Assembly (NCBI RefSeq): GCF_030684315.1
Contig: NC_081394.1
Location: 1,674,001 to 1,738,000 of the forward strand
Length of the DNA: 64,000 bases
Origin: Stegostoma tigrinum
Lineage: Eukaryota
Direction of reading: 5' to 3'
In this document: piece by piece, positions 48,395-61,400 of the stretch
How positions within the stretch are numbered: position 1 is the first letter of the stretch
How the letters are laid out: every line of letters begins with the position of its first letter
Notes under the pieces: generated by a model
Database searches by the model: none
Told to the model about the DNA's origin: nothing
The model's input: only the letters and a program-made list of their open reading frames with translations
Program-made: the position numbers and the translations under genes

Positions 48395-49670
48395 TAGGAC
48401 CTCTCTGTCTCCATCTCTGGTGACTGCCTCAAAACTGACATCTATTTCAAGCCCACCTGGAAACTGGAGGAGCAGCACCTCATATTCCCACAGCTACCTA
48501 GAATACCTGCTCTCACCCACCTTCCTGCAAGAATGCGATCCCCTATTCCCAATTCCTTCACATCCACCACATCTGTGTCCAAGATGGGGAGTTCCACTCC
48601 CAAACATCCCAGATGTCCTCATTTCAAGAACTGCAACTTGCCCTCGTCAGTGATTAAAAATGTTCTCGTCCGCACCTCTTGCGTTTCTCACACCTCTGCC
48701 CTCACATCCCTGACCCTCAACAAAATAAAAGACAGAGTCCCCTTTGTCCTCAGGTATCACCCCACTGACCTCCATATCCAATGTATCATTCTCCGCCACT
48801 TGCGCCACCTACAATCCAACTCCACAACAAAAGATATATTTCCTTCCTCACCCCTGTCTGCCTTTTGTAGGGACCACGCTCTCCACGACTCTTCATCCGC
48901 TCCAAACTCCCCACTAACCCCTCCACCCCTGGCATGTTTCCCTGCAATTTCAGGAAGTGCTATACCTGCCCCTACACTGTCCCCCTCACCTCCATTCCAG
49001 GCACCAAAATGACCTTCCAAATTAGGCAGGGGTTCACCTACACGTGTCAACATGGTCTATTGCATCCGCTGCTCCTGATGTGGCCTCCTCTACATCGGTG
49101 AGACCAAACATAGACTTGGAGACCATTTTGTAGAGCACCTGTGCTATGTTTATGACAAACAACAACACATTCCAGTTGTACACCATTTCAGCGCCATCTC
49201 TCACCCTGGGCAACATGTCCATCCTGGGCCTCCTCTAGTGTCACAACAACGCCACCTGGAAACTGGAGGAGCAGCACCTCATATTCTGCCTTGGGAGCCG
49301 ACAACCAAATGGTCGAAATGTGGACTTTACTAGCTTCAAAATCTCATCCCATGACCAACCCTCCCTCTCATCCCTGCCTCCTTGACCTCTCAGTCTTTTC
49401 TCCCAGCTATCCACTCCTCCCACCCTCACTGACCATTCCCCACCACTCCCTTCCTGCACTTGCTTATAACCATCCTACCCACCTTCCCCAGCCCCATTCC
49501 TTCTTTCTCAGTTTATTTCAGAGCTCCCTTCGCCCTCCCCATTTCTGAAGAAGTGTCCCAACCCAGATGTTAACTTTCCTGATTATCTGATGCTGCCTGG
49601 CCTGCAGTGTTCCTCCAGTTCCACACTGTGTTATATCTGACTCCAACATTGGCAGTCCTGACCATCTCTT
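48395..49670 (+). mobile_element. Neptune-type Penelope fragment
   Basis: RVPFVLRYHPT, YCIRC..CGLLYIGET, pLTR end. Confidence 0.85.
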
Positions 49671-49923
49671 GGTATCGAGTGAAGCTGTAGGCTGTTTCTC
49701 CAAGCCTTCCTGCAAACTTTGGACTGCTCTTTCTACCAGACCATTGTAGGATGAATGGTATGGAACTGCCCTTACCTGCCAAAAGTCATCAACGTTAGGA
49801 AATGCTCAAATTCCTAGCTGGTAAACGATGACCCATTGCCTGTGACCAACACTTTTGGGAAACCGTGTATTGCAAAAGATGCTCGCAGCTTTTCTATCGT
49901 ATCCCCGTATTTGATGAATGAAC

Positions 49924-50070
49924 TTTAAGCGACTGAAAGACATGCACATGGACAGCAGTGAATTGAGGGGAATGTAGGTTAGGTTATTTTATTTTTGGAT
50001 TAGGATTATTCCACAGCACAACATCGTGGGCTGAAGGGCCTGTGCTGTACTTTTCTATGTTCTATGTTCT
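49924..50070 (+). mobile_element. Short CR1 3' end, nearly identical to 3633-3785
   Basis: Direct match; AACTTT on both flanks (49921-49926, 50071-50076) is a possible TSD. Confidence 0.85.
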
Positions 50071-52864
50071 AACTTTGTGCACATTCAGCCGCTCTGAACA
50101 GGTGTCCACGATGGCTAAGAACATTGACCCCATGAAAGGACTTGGCATAGTTGACATGTAACCGAGTCCAGGCTATACACAGCCATTCCCACAAATGGTA
50201 GCGTTCAGCCAGTATCTGGCAGTGACCTTTGCGCGGGACGATCGCTCTTCCTCCCAATAATAATATGCCATCTCTACGGTGATCTGCTCTGGCAGGGTCC
50301 AGAAAGTTATCACTTCCAGTTGTGATAGCCCTTTTGTTTCCCCCATTACTACCGGCTGTTTTAGTTTGGACCAGAATGGATTCCTTTGTGTCCACAGTCC
50401 GAGATGGTCAGCGGTGACTGGAAGGGCGTCCAGAAAGTGTAAAACCATAACAGAAGTTCCCAATAGCGGCCCCATGGGTGGTGTATCTGCCAGCGGGAAG
50501 TTGCTCAAGGCATTTGTTACTTGGTGTGGCAGACAATGTTCCAACTTGTAATTGTGCGCATGCAGAATGAGAGCCCACTGCTATGGGGCAGTACAGCCTT
50601 GTCCTTAATCCTAGCAGAGGCTTGTGGTCTGTTACTATTGCAGATTTATTTCCATTCAAGTATTGATGGAATTTTCTCACGTCAAACCTTCCTTCTGGGT
50701 GTATTTGCGCACTGCATGAACCGAAGTCAGGCAAGCAGAACGCTCCTTAAAATCCCGACAAAGGCGAACTGAGCCATTGGACTTCACAATCAGTATGATC
50801 GGTGCTGCCCGTTCTGCAAACTGGACGAGTTTGATTTCTTCGCTTTCCACCCATCTGGTTTCGCTCTCTACTTTCACCTCAAATGGCACAGGGAAGGCCT
50901 TGCAGAATTGTGGAATTACTTCCCTGTCAACTTGCAAGGCGCCTTTGCTCCTTTCACAGTCCCTAGACTGCGATGAAAAACTTCCAGGAAATTAATGGGG
51001 ATTTCATGCCGATAGCCATTTTCTAATTGGAAAATGTTGCACCAATCAAGGTGAATCATTCTCAACCAATTTTGCCCCACCAGGCTTGGGCCCAGTTATT
51101 TTACTACAATCAGCGGGAACTGAACCAGCTGTTTCTCATATGAGACATGATCCAAAGCTGTATCCTTAACCTGTAAAGGTTCCCCGATGTAGGTTCTCAG
51201 TCTGGCCAAGGTCTTACACTAACTTAAGGTTTGGAGCCCGGAGTGAATTTTGTTACAGACTGGTTCAGCGATCACTGACACAGTCTGGTCAGTATCAACC
51301 TCCATTAGAACCTGGTGACCATTTAACCTGATGTTCATTTTGATTGGCTCTGATTTGGATGTTGCTGAGCAATGTAACTGCTCCAAGCCAGGTATAGGTG
51401 GGTTTTTCAGGGTGTGCACTTTCCTGGATGCCAGCCTATGAGCTCTCTTACACAATTAAGGGCTAGTGGGACTCTATTACTGTCTCGATCCGCATTCCAG
51501 CAGCAACTGCGATGACTTGCTGGCTCGGATCCTGAAGAAAGTTATAACCGTGTGGCCAAAGCTTGGTTTTGTTTCCGTGTTTTGCTGTGGACTGATCTAG
51601 AGTTCCTCTGTGAAGGATATGTTCTGATTGAGGCTGTGCAATTGCCTTCACTCAAGTGGTGTTCCCGAAGCTCAGGTGGCCTGGCGAGGGTGTTCACTTC
51701 CATTGAATACCCTGTAACTCATATTCCCCAATTGCTGCATTTCCTCATGACAAAGCCAGTTGTTGAGCCTGTTTGAAGTCCAGTTGGGATTCTGCTGGCA
51801 GGTGCTTGTGCATGGTTACCTCATTAACCCCACAGATCAAACAGTCTCTCAGCATCTCATTAAGGGCCTGTGCCAACCATCGTAACCTCATCAAAACTCC
51901 TAACGCAGCATCCCCTGGCTCTCGAACTTCCAATGAAAACTGATAGCACCTCAGGAGTGGAGGAGGCTTGGAGTCCTAATATTCCTTAATTAGGTCCATC
52001 AAATCTTGAAAGGTTTCAGGATCTGGTGCCTCAGAAAATGTCAGGCTCCTAATAATCACAAAAACTGAGGGTCTACAATCTGTCAGGAGAATCGCTTGTT
52101 GCATTTCAGCTGCTGCAGTGTCATTTGCCCAGGGGAAAACGAGCATTATTTCCACGTGCTGGGCCCAGGCTTTAGCAACAGGATTGAAGGAGTCAAGCTT
52201 CCCAAATTACGGCATGATACCATGCAAACATGTCAAGCTGTAATGAAACACTCCTGCCAGTGGTGATACCCTGTAGTCATCATTTTGGTTTTCTCAGATA
52301 CGGGGAGTAAAGCCATACATCTGTTTTTCACTGGCTCCATTCATGGTCAGAGGATACTCATCACCCTGATTCAAGTTTTCACTTTCTCCTCCAATCCTGA
52401 GGTACAGTGACCCTTGGGTTCAAGATGCCACTGTCGGAGGGTCAGCGCTGAGGAAGCACTGTGCTGTTGGAGGGTCAGGGATGAGGGAATGTCGTTCTGT
52501 TGGAGGGTCAGCACTGAGGGAGTGCAGCACTGCCAGAGAGTCAGCACTGAGGTGGTGCCACACTGTTGGAGGGTCAGCGCCAAGGCAGCACCGCACTGTC
52601 AGAGGGTCAGCGCTGAGGGTGGGTGGAGTGTCAGTGCTTAGGGAGCATCGCACTGTTGGAAGATCAGAGCTGAGGGAGCATCGCACTGTCAGAGGGTCAG
52701 CACTAAGGGAACGTCGAACTGTTGGAGTCATCTCTAAAAGATGTGGTCTGGCTGTCACCATGTTGCTGTTTCTCAGAGTTTGCTCTGCACCCATTGGTTG
52801 TTCCAATTTTTACATAACTGTAGCAACCATTCACAATAACATTAGTTAAGCTTTTAGGGACTTT

Positions 52865-53700
52865 ATTTTTGAAGCAAAAAGAATACTTTATTCATAAAAG
52901 CCTTGCATAATCAATGGAGGAGTTCAGTTCAATACAATCTTTACATACATAAAACAAACAAATCCAAGCCATCTCTTATGCTTACGACACTATGTTTACA
53001 CGCATATGAGGCACCGGAAGGGCCTGATAATTGAACAAATCCCTATTTACCTTTGGCGGAAAGACATTAGACAGTGGTCTTTCCCCTCGGCATTTTGGTG
53101 ACTGCTTCCTGAAAGTTACATGCATGCCACTGCATGTAGTCCTGGACCTTGGAATGAGCCAGTCTTCAACATTCGATCAGGGTATTTTTTCTTGCTCTGA
53201 AAGACCAATAAGGTTCAGGCAGACCAAAGAGTATCTTTCACCGAGTTGATGGTCCTCCAGGAACTGTCAACATTTTGTCTTGGTGCGTGCGGCGGGGCGC
53301 AGACCATTGAAACAGAACCCACATCACGGAGGTGCTTAGGATGGACCTTGACATAAACCATCGCACCGTTCTCCCGGCTTCCTTTGCAAATGTACATTCC
53401 AGCAGGAGATATGTGATTCTCCCTGGTTTCGAGGGAGGTGTCCAGTGGTGCAGACAGGGCGGGCATACAAGAAGGATCCCGCAAATAGTGCCCTTCTCAC
53501 TGCTAGCCAAGTGATGTCCTTATGCTTGTTAGAGGGTTCTGGTTGTAGGGCATTCTGCCAAATGACTTTGCGACTCGGACCAGGGAACAGCGCAACAGTA
53601 TTCCCCCTCTCCTTTTCCCTCGGGGTCTCGAAGATGCCACTGGAGTCATTCAGAGGTCATGAAAAGTGCGAGAGAAACACGGAGTCTGTCTCTGTGAATT
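52865..53700 (-). mobile_element. Tx1/L1-clade LINE 3' fragment
   Basis: YLLLECTFAKE zinc-knuckle remnant; atgaataaagt plus A-rich tail. Confidence 0.6.
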
Positions 53701-54489
53701 GCTGTGCGATTGTGGCCAGGCTAATTCTCTGTGTGTTTATTTGCAGCAGCTGCTGGTGTAGCTTGCATTTACTCAGGCACGTTCAATGCTGACTGGGAGG
53801 TGGGGCAGGGAGAGAAGTGTTTTTCTAAAGTCCTGTCATGGAACTGCAACATAAATGGTGCCCAACCAGAGTACAGCTTTGCAAAATACGTTCGTACATT
53901 CTTTCAGCTGTCTGCAAACAAAAGGAAAATAGTCGTGTTCCGTCCCGGTACCAACCCCACCACACTTTATCTACTCCCTTACTGTCTCGTGTGTTTGTAC
54001 AGCTTCATCCTCTTCAATACATCAACAGGATATTTCTCAACTACTTTCTATGGGAGTGAGTGTCACATTCCGATCTCATACCCTGTGGGAGTGAGTCCCA
54101 CATTCCCACAACCCACTCTGGTCGGAGCATGTGCCACATTTCCACAACCTACCCCCTGTGGGAGCGAGTCCCACATTCTCACAACCCAATCCTTATGGGA
54201 TTCAGTCCCATATTCTCACCCAATCCCTCTGAGAGTCAATCCCATAGTCCCCGTCCCCATTCCCTGTAGGACCGAGTCCCACAATCTCCCACCACCCTCG
54301 TGGAAACATTTCTATATCTCCCTGATCGAAACCTCTTTCAGAATTTCAAACCCCCTGGTTAAGACATCCCTCAGACACCTCCTTTCGAGGTTCAGACTGC
54401 TGACCCTGTTATGATAGTTGTAACTTTAAAATTCTGGATTCATTCTTGGTAATCTTTTTGCAACTTCCACGAGCTTTGATGTCCTTTGT

Positions 54490-55040
54490 ATAATATGGAG
54501 ATCAAAACTGTGCACAGTGCTCTGTGTGTGCATCTAACAGGGGGATATGGAGACTGGAACTGTGCACGGTGCTCCACGTGTGGGTCTAACTGAGGGATAC
54601 AGAGACTGGAACTGTGCACGGTGCTCCGAGTGTGGGTCTAAGTGAGGGATAGGGAGACTGGAACTGTGCACGGCGCTCCGAGTGTGGGTCTAACTGAGAG
54701 ATACGGAGACTGGAACTGTGCACGGTGCTCCGAGTGTGGGTCTAACTGAGAGATATGGAGACTGGAACTGTGCACGGTGCTCCGAGTGTGGGTCTAACTG
54801 AGGGACACAGAGACTGGAACTGTGCACAGTGCTCCAAGTGTGGGTCTAACTGAGGGATACGGAGACTGGAACTGTGCACAGTGCTCCAAGTGTGGGTCTA
54901 ACTGAGGGATACGGAGACTGGAACTGTGCACGGTGCTCCGAGTGTGGGTCTAACTGAGGGATAGGGAGACTGGAACTGTGCACGGTCCTCCGAGTGCGGA
55001 GACTGGAAGTGTGCGCAGTGCTCCGTGTGTGGTATAACTG
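54490..55040. repeat. 52-bp minisatellite, about 10 units
   Basis: gagggatacggagactggaactgtgcacggtgctccgagtgtgggtctaact. Confidence 0.95.
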
Positions 55041-55189
55041 AGATTCGAAATGGGCAATTGTAGATGTGCATTGAATGTTGGCTGAGCTAGTGCTGCCCAC
55101 ATTCCGTGCAGGAATATCACCAGGAAAGAGAGGGCAGACATCCTGCAGCTGTGATGATGTATCCAAACGGGTCAAGAGCCCAGATGTCC

Positions 55190-55462
55190 AATATTGCGGC
55201 TGCAGTTGGCCAAAGTCCGCGGAACTGTAAACAGGATTTTGGCCAGGTTGGAATCCCTCCTACGTATTTCTGCCACCTCCTGCCCATGGTCTGTACCCAC
55301 AGCCCAGGAGAACAGGCTGAGAAAGAACCAAAGCGCAAGCCTCAGTGTTTATCAATCACGGTTCTGTGCCTTTTTCAAGTTCAATGCTCCCGCCTGACAA
55401 TTCACGAGCCAAAGAAGATATTTGTGAAACGTTTTTTTCACCCCTGGTCGTACTCAGTATTG
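55190..55462 (+). promoter_or_regulatory. Possible promoter and non-coding first exon of gene B
   Basis: Non-repetitive, mildly CpG-enriched segment ending in donor TTG|GTGAGT (GT at 55463); same layout as gene A. Confidence 0.35.
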
Positions 55463-55974
55463 GTGAGTGTGTGCGGTTTATTTCTGCGCAAACCATTCCC
55501 TGTAACTCTCACTGCAGTCTGCCGGATTTTAAGCTATTTTCTCATTCCATCTGTTTGGAGGTGTTATCAGACGCTTCTGGAGCAGGTAGGACTTGAATCC
55601 TGGCCTTTTGTCTTAGCGTTAGGGACCCCTCCACTGCACTGCAAGAGAGTTCAGTCAGCCAGCAGCACTGTTCCTCCCCAGTACTGGACTGGGACGTGTG
55701 AGGTGTCTGAGATACTGCACTGTGGAAGCACAGTGCTGGGCTTTGGAGAGAGTGATGGATGAGGGGCTTGTAGGGGAGGCCTCAGATAAGGCACGGGGTG
55801 GAGGGGAGAGTCAGGGCATTTATGTTTGAAGGGTTCAGGTTCAGAAACCAAGGGTTGGATCCTCATTCCAACTGCATTCTCTATCTTTTACTCTGAAACA
55901 AAGTGTGGTAGAGGCTTGGTAGATTATTAATCCAGAATGTTGAGCCAATGTTCTTGGGGTCATGGGTTTGAATC

Positions 55975-56700
55975 ACAGAGTCAAACTGCACAGAAGCAGA
56001 TGATTCGGTCCAACCAGTCCGTGCTGACCATAATCCCAAACTAAACTAGTCCCACCTGCCTGCTCCTGACCCATATCCCTCCAAACCTTTCCTGTCTATG
56101 TCCCTATCCAAATGTCTTTTAAACTCTGTAACTGTACCCACACCCACCACTTCCTCAGGAAGCTCATTCCATACACGAAACACTCTTTGTGTGAAAAGGT
56201 TGCCCATGGTGCCTTTTTTAAAAATCTCTCTCCTCTCACCTTAAAAATATGCCGCCTAGGTTTACATTCCCCTACCCTGGGGTGAAAAGACCTTGTCTAT
56301 TCACTGTATCCATACACCTTATGATTTTATAAATCTCTAATTAATAAGCCCAGCCTCAGCCACTCCAGGGAAAATAGCCCCAGCCTATTCAGCCTCTCCC
56401 TGTAGCTCAAACCCTCCAACCCTGGCAACATCCCTGTAAATCTTTTCTGAGCCCTTTCAAGTTTCACAACATCCTTCCTGTAGCAGGGAGACCGGGATTG
56501 AACACAGTATTCCAAAAGTGGCCCTAACCAATGTCCTGTACAGCCCCAACATGACCCTCCCAACTCCTATACTCAATGCACTGACCAATAAAGGCGAGCG
56601 TACCGAACACCTTCCTCACCGCCCTGTCTACCTGCAACTCCACTTTCAAGGAACTATAAACCTAAACCCCAAGGCCTTTTTTTGTTCAGCAACACTCTGA
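55975..56700 (-). mobile_element. CR1 3' fragment
   Basis: LEYCVQ..SPCYRKDVVKLERAQKRFTGMLPGLEGLSY. Confidence 0.9.
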
Positions 56701-56885
56701 CTGTGCTGTAACCTGGTGCTCTCACTCAGAGTCAAATCTCCTTTGTAAAGCTCCTTCAAAGTGTCAATGTGAAAGGCATAAGATAAATGCTGGTTTTTGT
56801 TGTCGGTTGAAATGTAAGCTTTTCCTTAGCTGGTTGTTTGTCCGTTTGTGTTAAGGGTATAGCTCGTGTTGGATTATCTGAAGAG

Positions 56886-56931
56886 ATGAACTTGCTGCTA
56901 ACCCTTTTCCCACTGGCCTGCTCATTCACTG
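56886..56931 (+). CDS. Gene B leader exon: MNLLLTLFPLACSFT
   Basis: gagATG; hydrophobic leader; ACTG|GTAAGT phase 1; continues as VAVC|MQW in the V exon. Confidence 0.85.
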
Positions 56932-58454
56932 GTAAGTCTCATACAATCCTTTCCTAACATACAGGCACAAAAATGAATCCTGCTCCCTTTCATAAACAGG
57001 GCCATTTAATTTCCCTACTATCAACATCCTGAAGGTTACCATTGACCAGAAACTCAACTGGGCTCACCACATAAACACAGCGGCTACAAGAGCAGGTCAG
57101 AGGCTGGAAATCCTGCAGCGAGTAACTCCCGTCCTGACTCCCCCCAAAGCCTGTCCCACCATCGACAATACACAAGTCAGGAGGGGGATGGAATATTCCC
57201 CACTTGCCCTGGATGGGGACAGCTTCAATAACACTCAAGAAGCTTGACACCATCCAGGACAAAGCAGCCCCACTCAATTGGCTGCACATCCATAAAACAT
57301 CCCATTCCCTCCCCCCCACCGATGCTCAGCCACAGCAGTGTGTATCATCTACAAGATGCTCTGCAGTAATTCACCAAAGATCCTCAGGCAGCACCTTCCA
57401 ATCCCACGACCTCATCTATCTAGAAAGACGAGGGCAGCAGATATTTGGGAACATCAGCCCCCTGCAAGTTCCCCTCCAAGCCATTCACCATCCTGACTTG
57501 GAAATATGTTGGCAGTTCCTTCACTGCCACTGGGTCAAAAACCTGGAACTCCCTCCCTAAAGGACATTGTGGGTCAACCCTACAGCACATGGACTGTAGC
57601 GGTTCAAGAAGGCGTCTCACCCCCACCTTCTCAAGTGGGCAACTCGGGACAGGGGCAATAAATGCTGGGCCCAGACAGCGACGCCCACATCCCAGAACAG
57701 AATTAAGAAAAGGCTTTGAGATAACAAGGTGTACAGCTGGATGAACACACCAGGCCAAGCAGCATCAGAGGAGCAGGAAAGCTGTCGTTTTGGGTCTAGG
57801 CTGATGCTGCTTGGCCTGGTGTATTCATCCAGCTCTGCACCTTGTTATCTCAGATTCTCCCGCATCTACAGTTCCTACTATCTCCAGCAACCTCTGTTTG
57901 TGTTCCTGAATTACAGCATCCACAGTTCTTTCGGTTTTTATCATGCACATTCTTACTGAGGGGCAGAACATGCTGGAAGTGCCTCCTCCTGCTCACATTC
58001 CTTCTGCTTTTCTTAAATCTTCCGCAGTTGCTGTCTGCATGCAGTGGAGAGTTCATTACCCACCGAGAGTGATTGGCCTGCAGAATTCCTGTGTGCTCAT
58101 CCCATGCTCCTTCGACTACCCGAACCATGAAGAGAGCGGGCAGCTTACCATCACTGGCATTTGGTATCACGGAGTGAAACAAAGCAGAGTCACTGTGTAC
58201 CACTCGAGATCCAGCACTCAGATGAATTCAGCCTACGTTGGCCGGACCGAGATCATTGGAGACCTCAGCAGGCAGAACTGCACCTTCAAAATCCAAAACC
58301 TGCAGCTCAGTGACCAGGGGAAATACTTCTTCCGTTTTGAGATCAGAGAGATTGGCAACTGGGAGGACGTACGGGGCATTATTCTCAACGTCACACGTAT
58401 GTTCACACCACCCCACACCCCCCTCCCTCCCGGGGGAATACACAAAGTCCAAAG

Positions 58455-58491
<37 letters not shown>

Positions 58492-61400
58492 GACAGACAC
58501 ACACACACTTACTCAAACATTCACTCACATTCAANNNNNNNNNNNNNNNNNNNNNNNNNNNNNNNNNNNNNNNNNNNNNNNNNNNNNNNNNNNNNNNNNN
58601 NNNNNNNNNNNNNNNNNNNNNNNNNNNNNNNNNNNNNNNNNNNNNNNNNNNNNNNNNNNNNNNNNNNNNNNNNNNNNNNNNNNNNNNNNNNNNNNNNNNN
58701 NNNNNNNNNNNNNNNNNNNNNNNNNNNNNNNNNNNNNNNNNNNNNNNNNNNNNNNNNNNNNNNNNNNNNNNNNNNNNNNNNNNNNNNNNNNNNNNNNNNN
58801 NNNNNNNNNNNNNNNNNACGCACATGCACATAAACACACACACAAATACCTAGGCATGCACAAACATGCANNNNNNNNNNNNNNNNNNNNNNNNNNNNNN
58901 NNNNNNNNNNNNNNNNNNNNNNNNNNNNNNNNNNNNNNNNNNNNNNNNNNNNNNNNNNNNNNNNNNNNNNNNNNNNNNNNNNNNNNNNNNNNNNNNNNNN
59001 NNNNNNNNNNNNNNNNNNNNNNNNNNNNNNNNNNNNNNNNNNNNNNNNNNNNNNNNNNNNNNAACTCACATGCACATGCACATCGAATATACACACTCAT
59101 GCACAAATTTACACACACTCACACGCAAGTGCTTNNNNNNNNNNNNNNNNNNNNNNNNNNNNNNNNNNNNNNNNNNNNNNNNNNNNNNNNNNNNNNNNNN
59201 NNNNNNNNNNNNNNNNNNNNNNNNNNNNNNNNNNNNNNNNNNNNNNNNNNNNNNNNNNNNNNNNNNNNNNNNNNNNNNNNNNNNNNNNNNGCACACATAC
59301 TCACACACACTTATGCTCTCACACGCATGCATACTCACACACACATGTTCACTCATATGGTGAGTAGTTAGAAGCCTACAGAACAGAAAGCGACCCTTTG
59401 GCTCATCTAGTCATACTGATCAAAAAACATCTACCGAACTATTCTAATCCAGTTTCCCAGCACTTGGCCCAGAGCCTTGTCAGCCTCACAAGTGCACCAA
59501 CTAAACACTTCTCCAGTGGTCTGAGGGTTTCTGCCTTTCCCACCCTGACAGACAGTGAGTTCCAGTTCCTCACAGTCCTCCGGTTGGAAATGATTTTCTT
59601 CACATTGAAACCTCCTGTCCCCTTCCCTTAAATCTATCCCCCACACCACTATTTATAGCACCCAGGGGAAATAATTCTTCCTCCACCTTATCTATGCCCC
59701 TCATCATTGTATCCATCTTAACCATGACCCCATTTCTCAATCTCCTCTGCTCTAAGGAAAACCACCCCGGTCAATCCCAATCTCTTTCTGTCATTGACAC
59801 TCTCCAGCCCAGACAACATCCTGGTAAATCTACCTGTGCACCCTCTTCCAATCCTATCACGTTCCTCCGATAATGTCTATTCCAGAATGAAGCACATTAT
59901 CACCCGCTCGGATAGAAACTGGCGGGAGGCTATGTACCTGCTGCCCCTTGTCCTTCCCGATGGAAGTGGCCGTGGGTTTGGAAGGTGCTGCCTGACGGGC
60001 CTTGGTGACGTTCAGCAGAACACCTTGTAGATGGTACACACTGCTGCGGCTGAGCGTGGGTGTTGGAGGGTGTGGATGTATGAAGTTGCTAAGAGCTGTG
60101 GAGAAATCCAGTGAACAGCCATAACTATGGCAACCCGAATGCAATAAAATATGACAACATTCATGTTGGATACAGAATAAAGTCCTTTCTAAATGCTGGA
60201 AAATTCCAAATGAGTGAAAGTCTGAAACTACTCTGTGCAAAGCTGGGGGGGAGTCGGGGGCAGGGACTGTGTGGGCAACTGATCATTAAATGTTCCAGAG
60301 GCAGTACTGTGCACTGCAATCAGAGACATCAATGATTGCTGGCCCACTTGTCTTGTGGAATAGAAGACAAGGAATAGGTGTCTGCAGTGTGGTGACACAG
60401 AGTCTTGGTTGGACCATGACTGGAGTCACTGGGAGTGACTCTGGGCTCCACAGTTCACAGTGCTCCAAATGTGGGTCTAACTGAAGGATATGGAGCCTGG
60501 ACTGTGCATGGTGCTCCGAGAGTGGGTCTAACTGAGGGATATGGAGCCTGGAACTGTGCACTGTGCTCCAAATGTGGGTCTAACTGAGGGATACGGAGAC
60601 TGGAACTGTGCACGGTGCTCCGAGTATGGGTCTAACTGAGGGATACAGAGACTGGAACTGTGCACAGTGCTCCAAGTGTGAGTCTAACTAAGGGATACGG
60701 AGACTGAAACTGTGCACAGTGCTCCGAGTGTGAGTCCAACTAAGGGATACAGAGACTGGAACTGTGCACTGTGCTCCAAGTGTGGGTCTAATTGAGGGAT
60801 ATGGAGCCTGGAACTGTGCACGGCGCTCCGAGTGTGGGTCTAACTGAGGGATACCGAGAACAGAACTATGGACTATGCTCTAAGTGTTGTCTGATCATAG
60901 CTTACCTGTGCTGAATGCAATTTTGTTTTGTTTCCCCCAGAATTTCCGCAGAAGCCAACAGTAAGGGCCGTGACTGAAGTGATGGAATTGGAATCTGTTT
61001 CAGCAACTTGCTCAACCCCTTACAATTGCCCTGAAAACCCCTCCCGGCTCCGGTGGCTGGGCATCAACATGGACAGCCCTGAGTCAACTGTGAAGAGCTG
61101 CAGCTATAACGGCACCAGTTCCCTGGAGGTGTCCTTCGTCAGCTCGCACCTAGATCACAACCTCGTACTGACCTGTGTGGTCACTGTCGATGGGCTACAC
61201 CTTTCCAGCCACACTGAGATTACACTGCGTGTGAAACGTGAGCCTGGGTGAAAGGAGCTGACATAGGGAGGGAACAACCTCGGTGGAATTGAGGGAGGCA
61301 CAGGAGGAGGAGGGGCAAAGTAAGGAGGATTTGTAAACTAGCATCTGTCCATCCATCCTATCTGTCTGTCTGTGTTTCATTCTCTCTTCATTTCTTCCTT

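Larger units (their letters stand above)
47760..52230 (-). mobile_element. Decayed Gypsy gag-pol, interrupted by Penelope and CR1 insertions
   Basis: MLRDCLICG (gag), MEVDTD..VSVI (protease), VRLCRDFK (RT), IVTDHKPLLG (RNase H), WTRLHVNYA and APAELLMG (integrase). Confidence 0.85.

Noticed and set aside
54490-55040. Regular repeats resembling a CRISPR array
   Set aside because: Head-to-tail units with no unique spacers; eukaryotic context; CR1-derived.
53731-55762. 227-aa and 218-aa ORFs upstream of gene B
   Set aside because: No recognisable domain; the first runs through degenerate repeats, the second has an alternative start and crosses a likely splice donor.
58397-59371. Long ORFs through the N gaps, or hidden Ig exons in the gaps
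   Set aside because: X runs and CA repeats; domains 1-2-3 already join contiguously and match sialoadhesin order.
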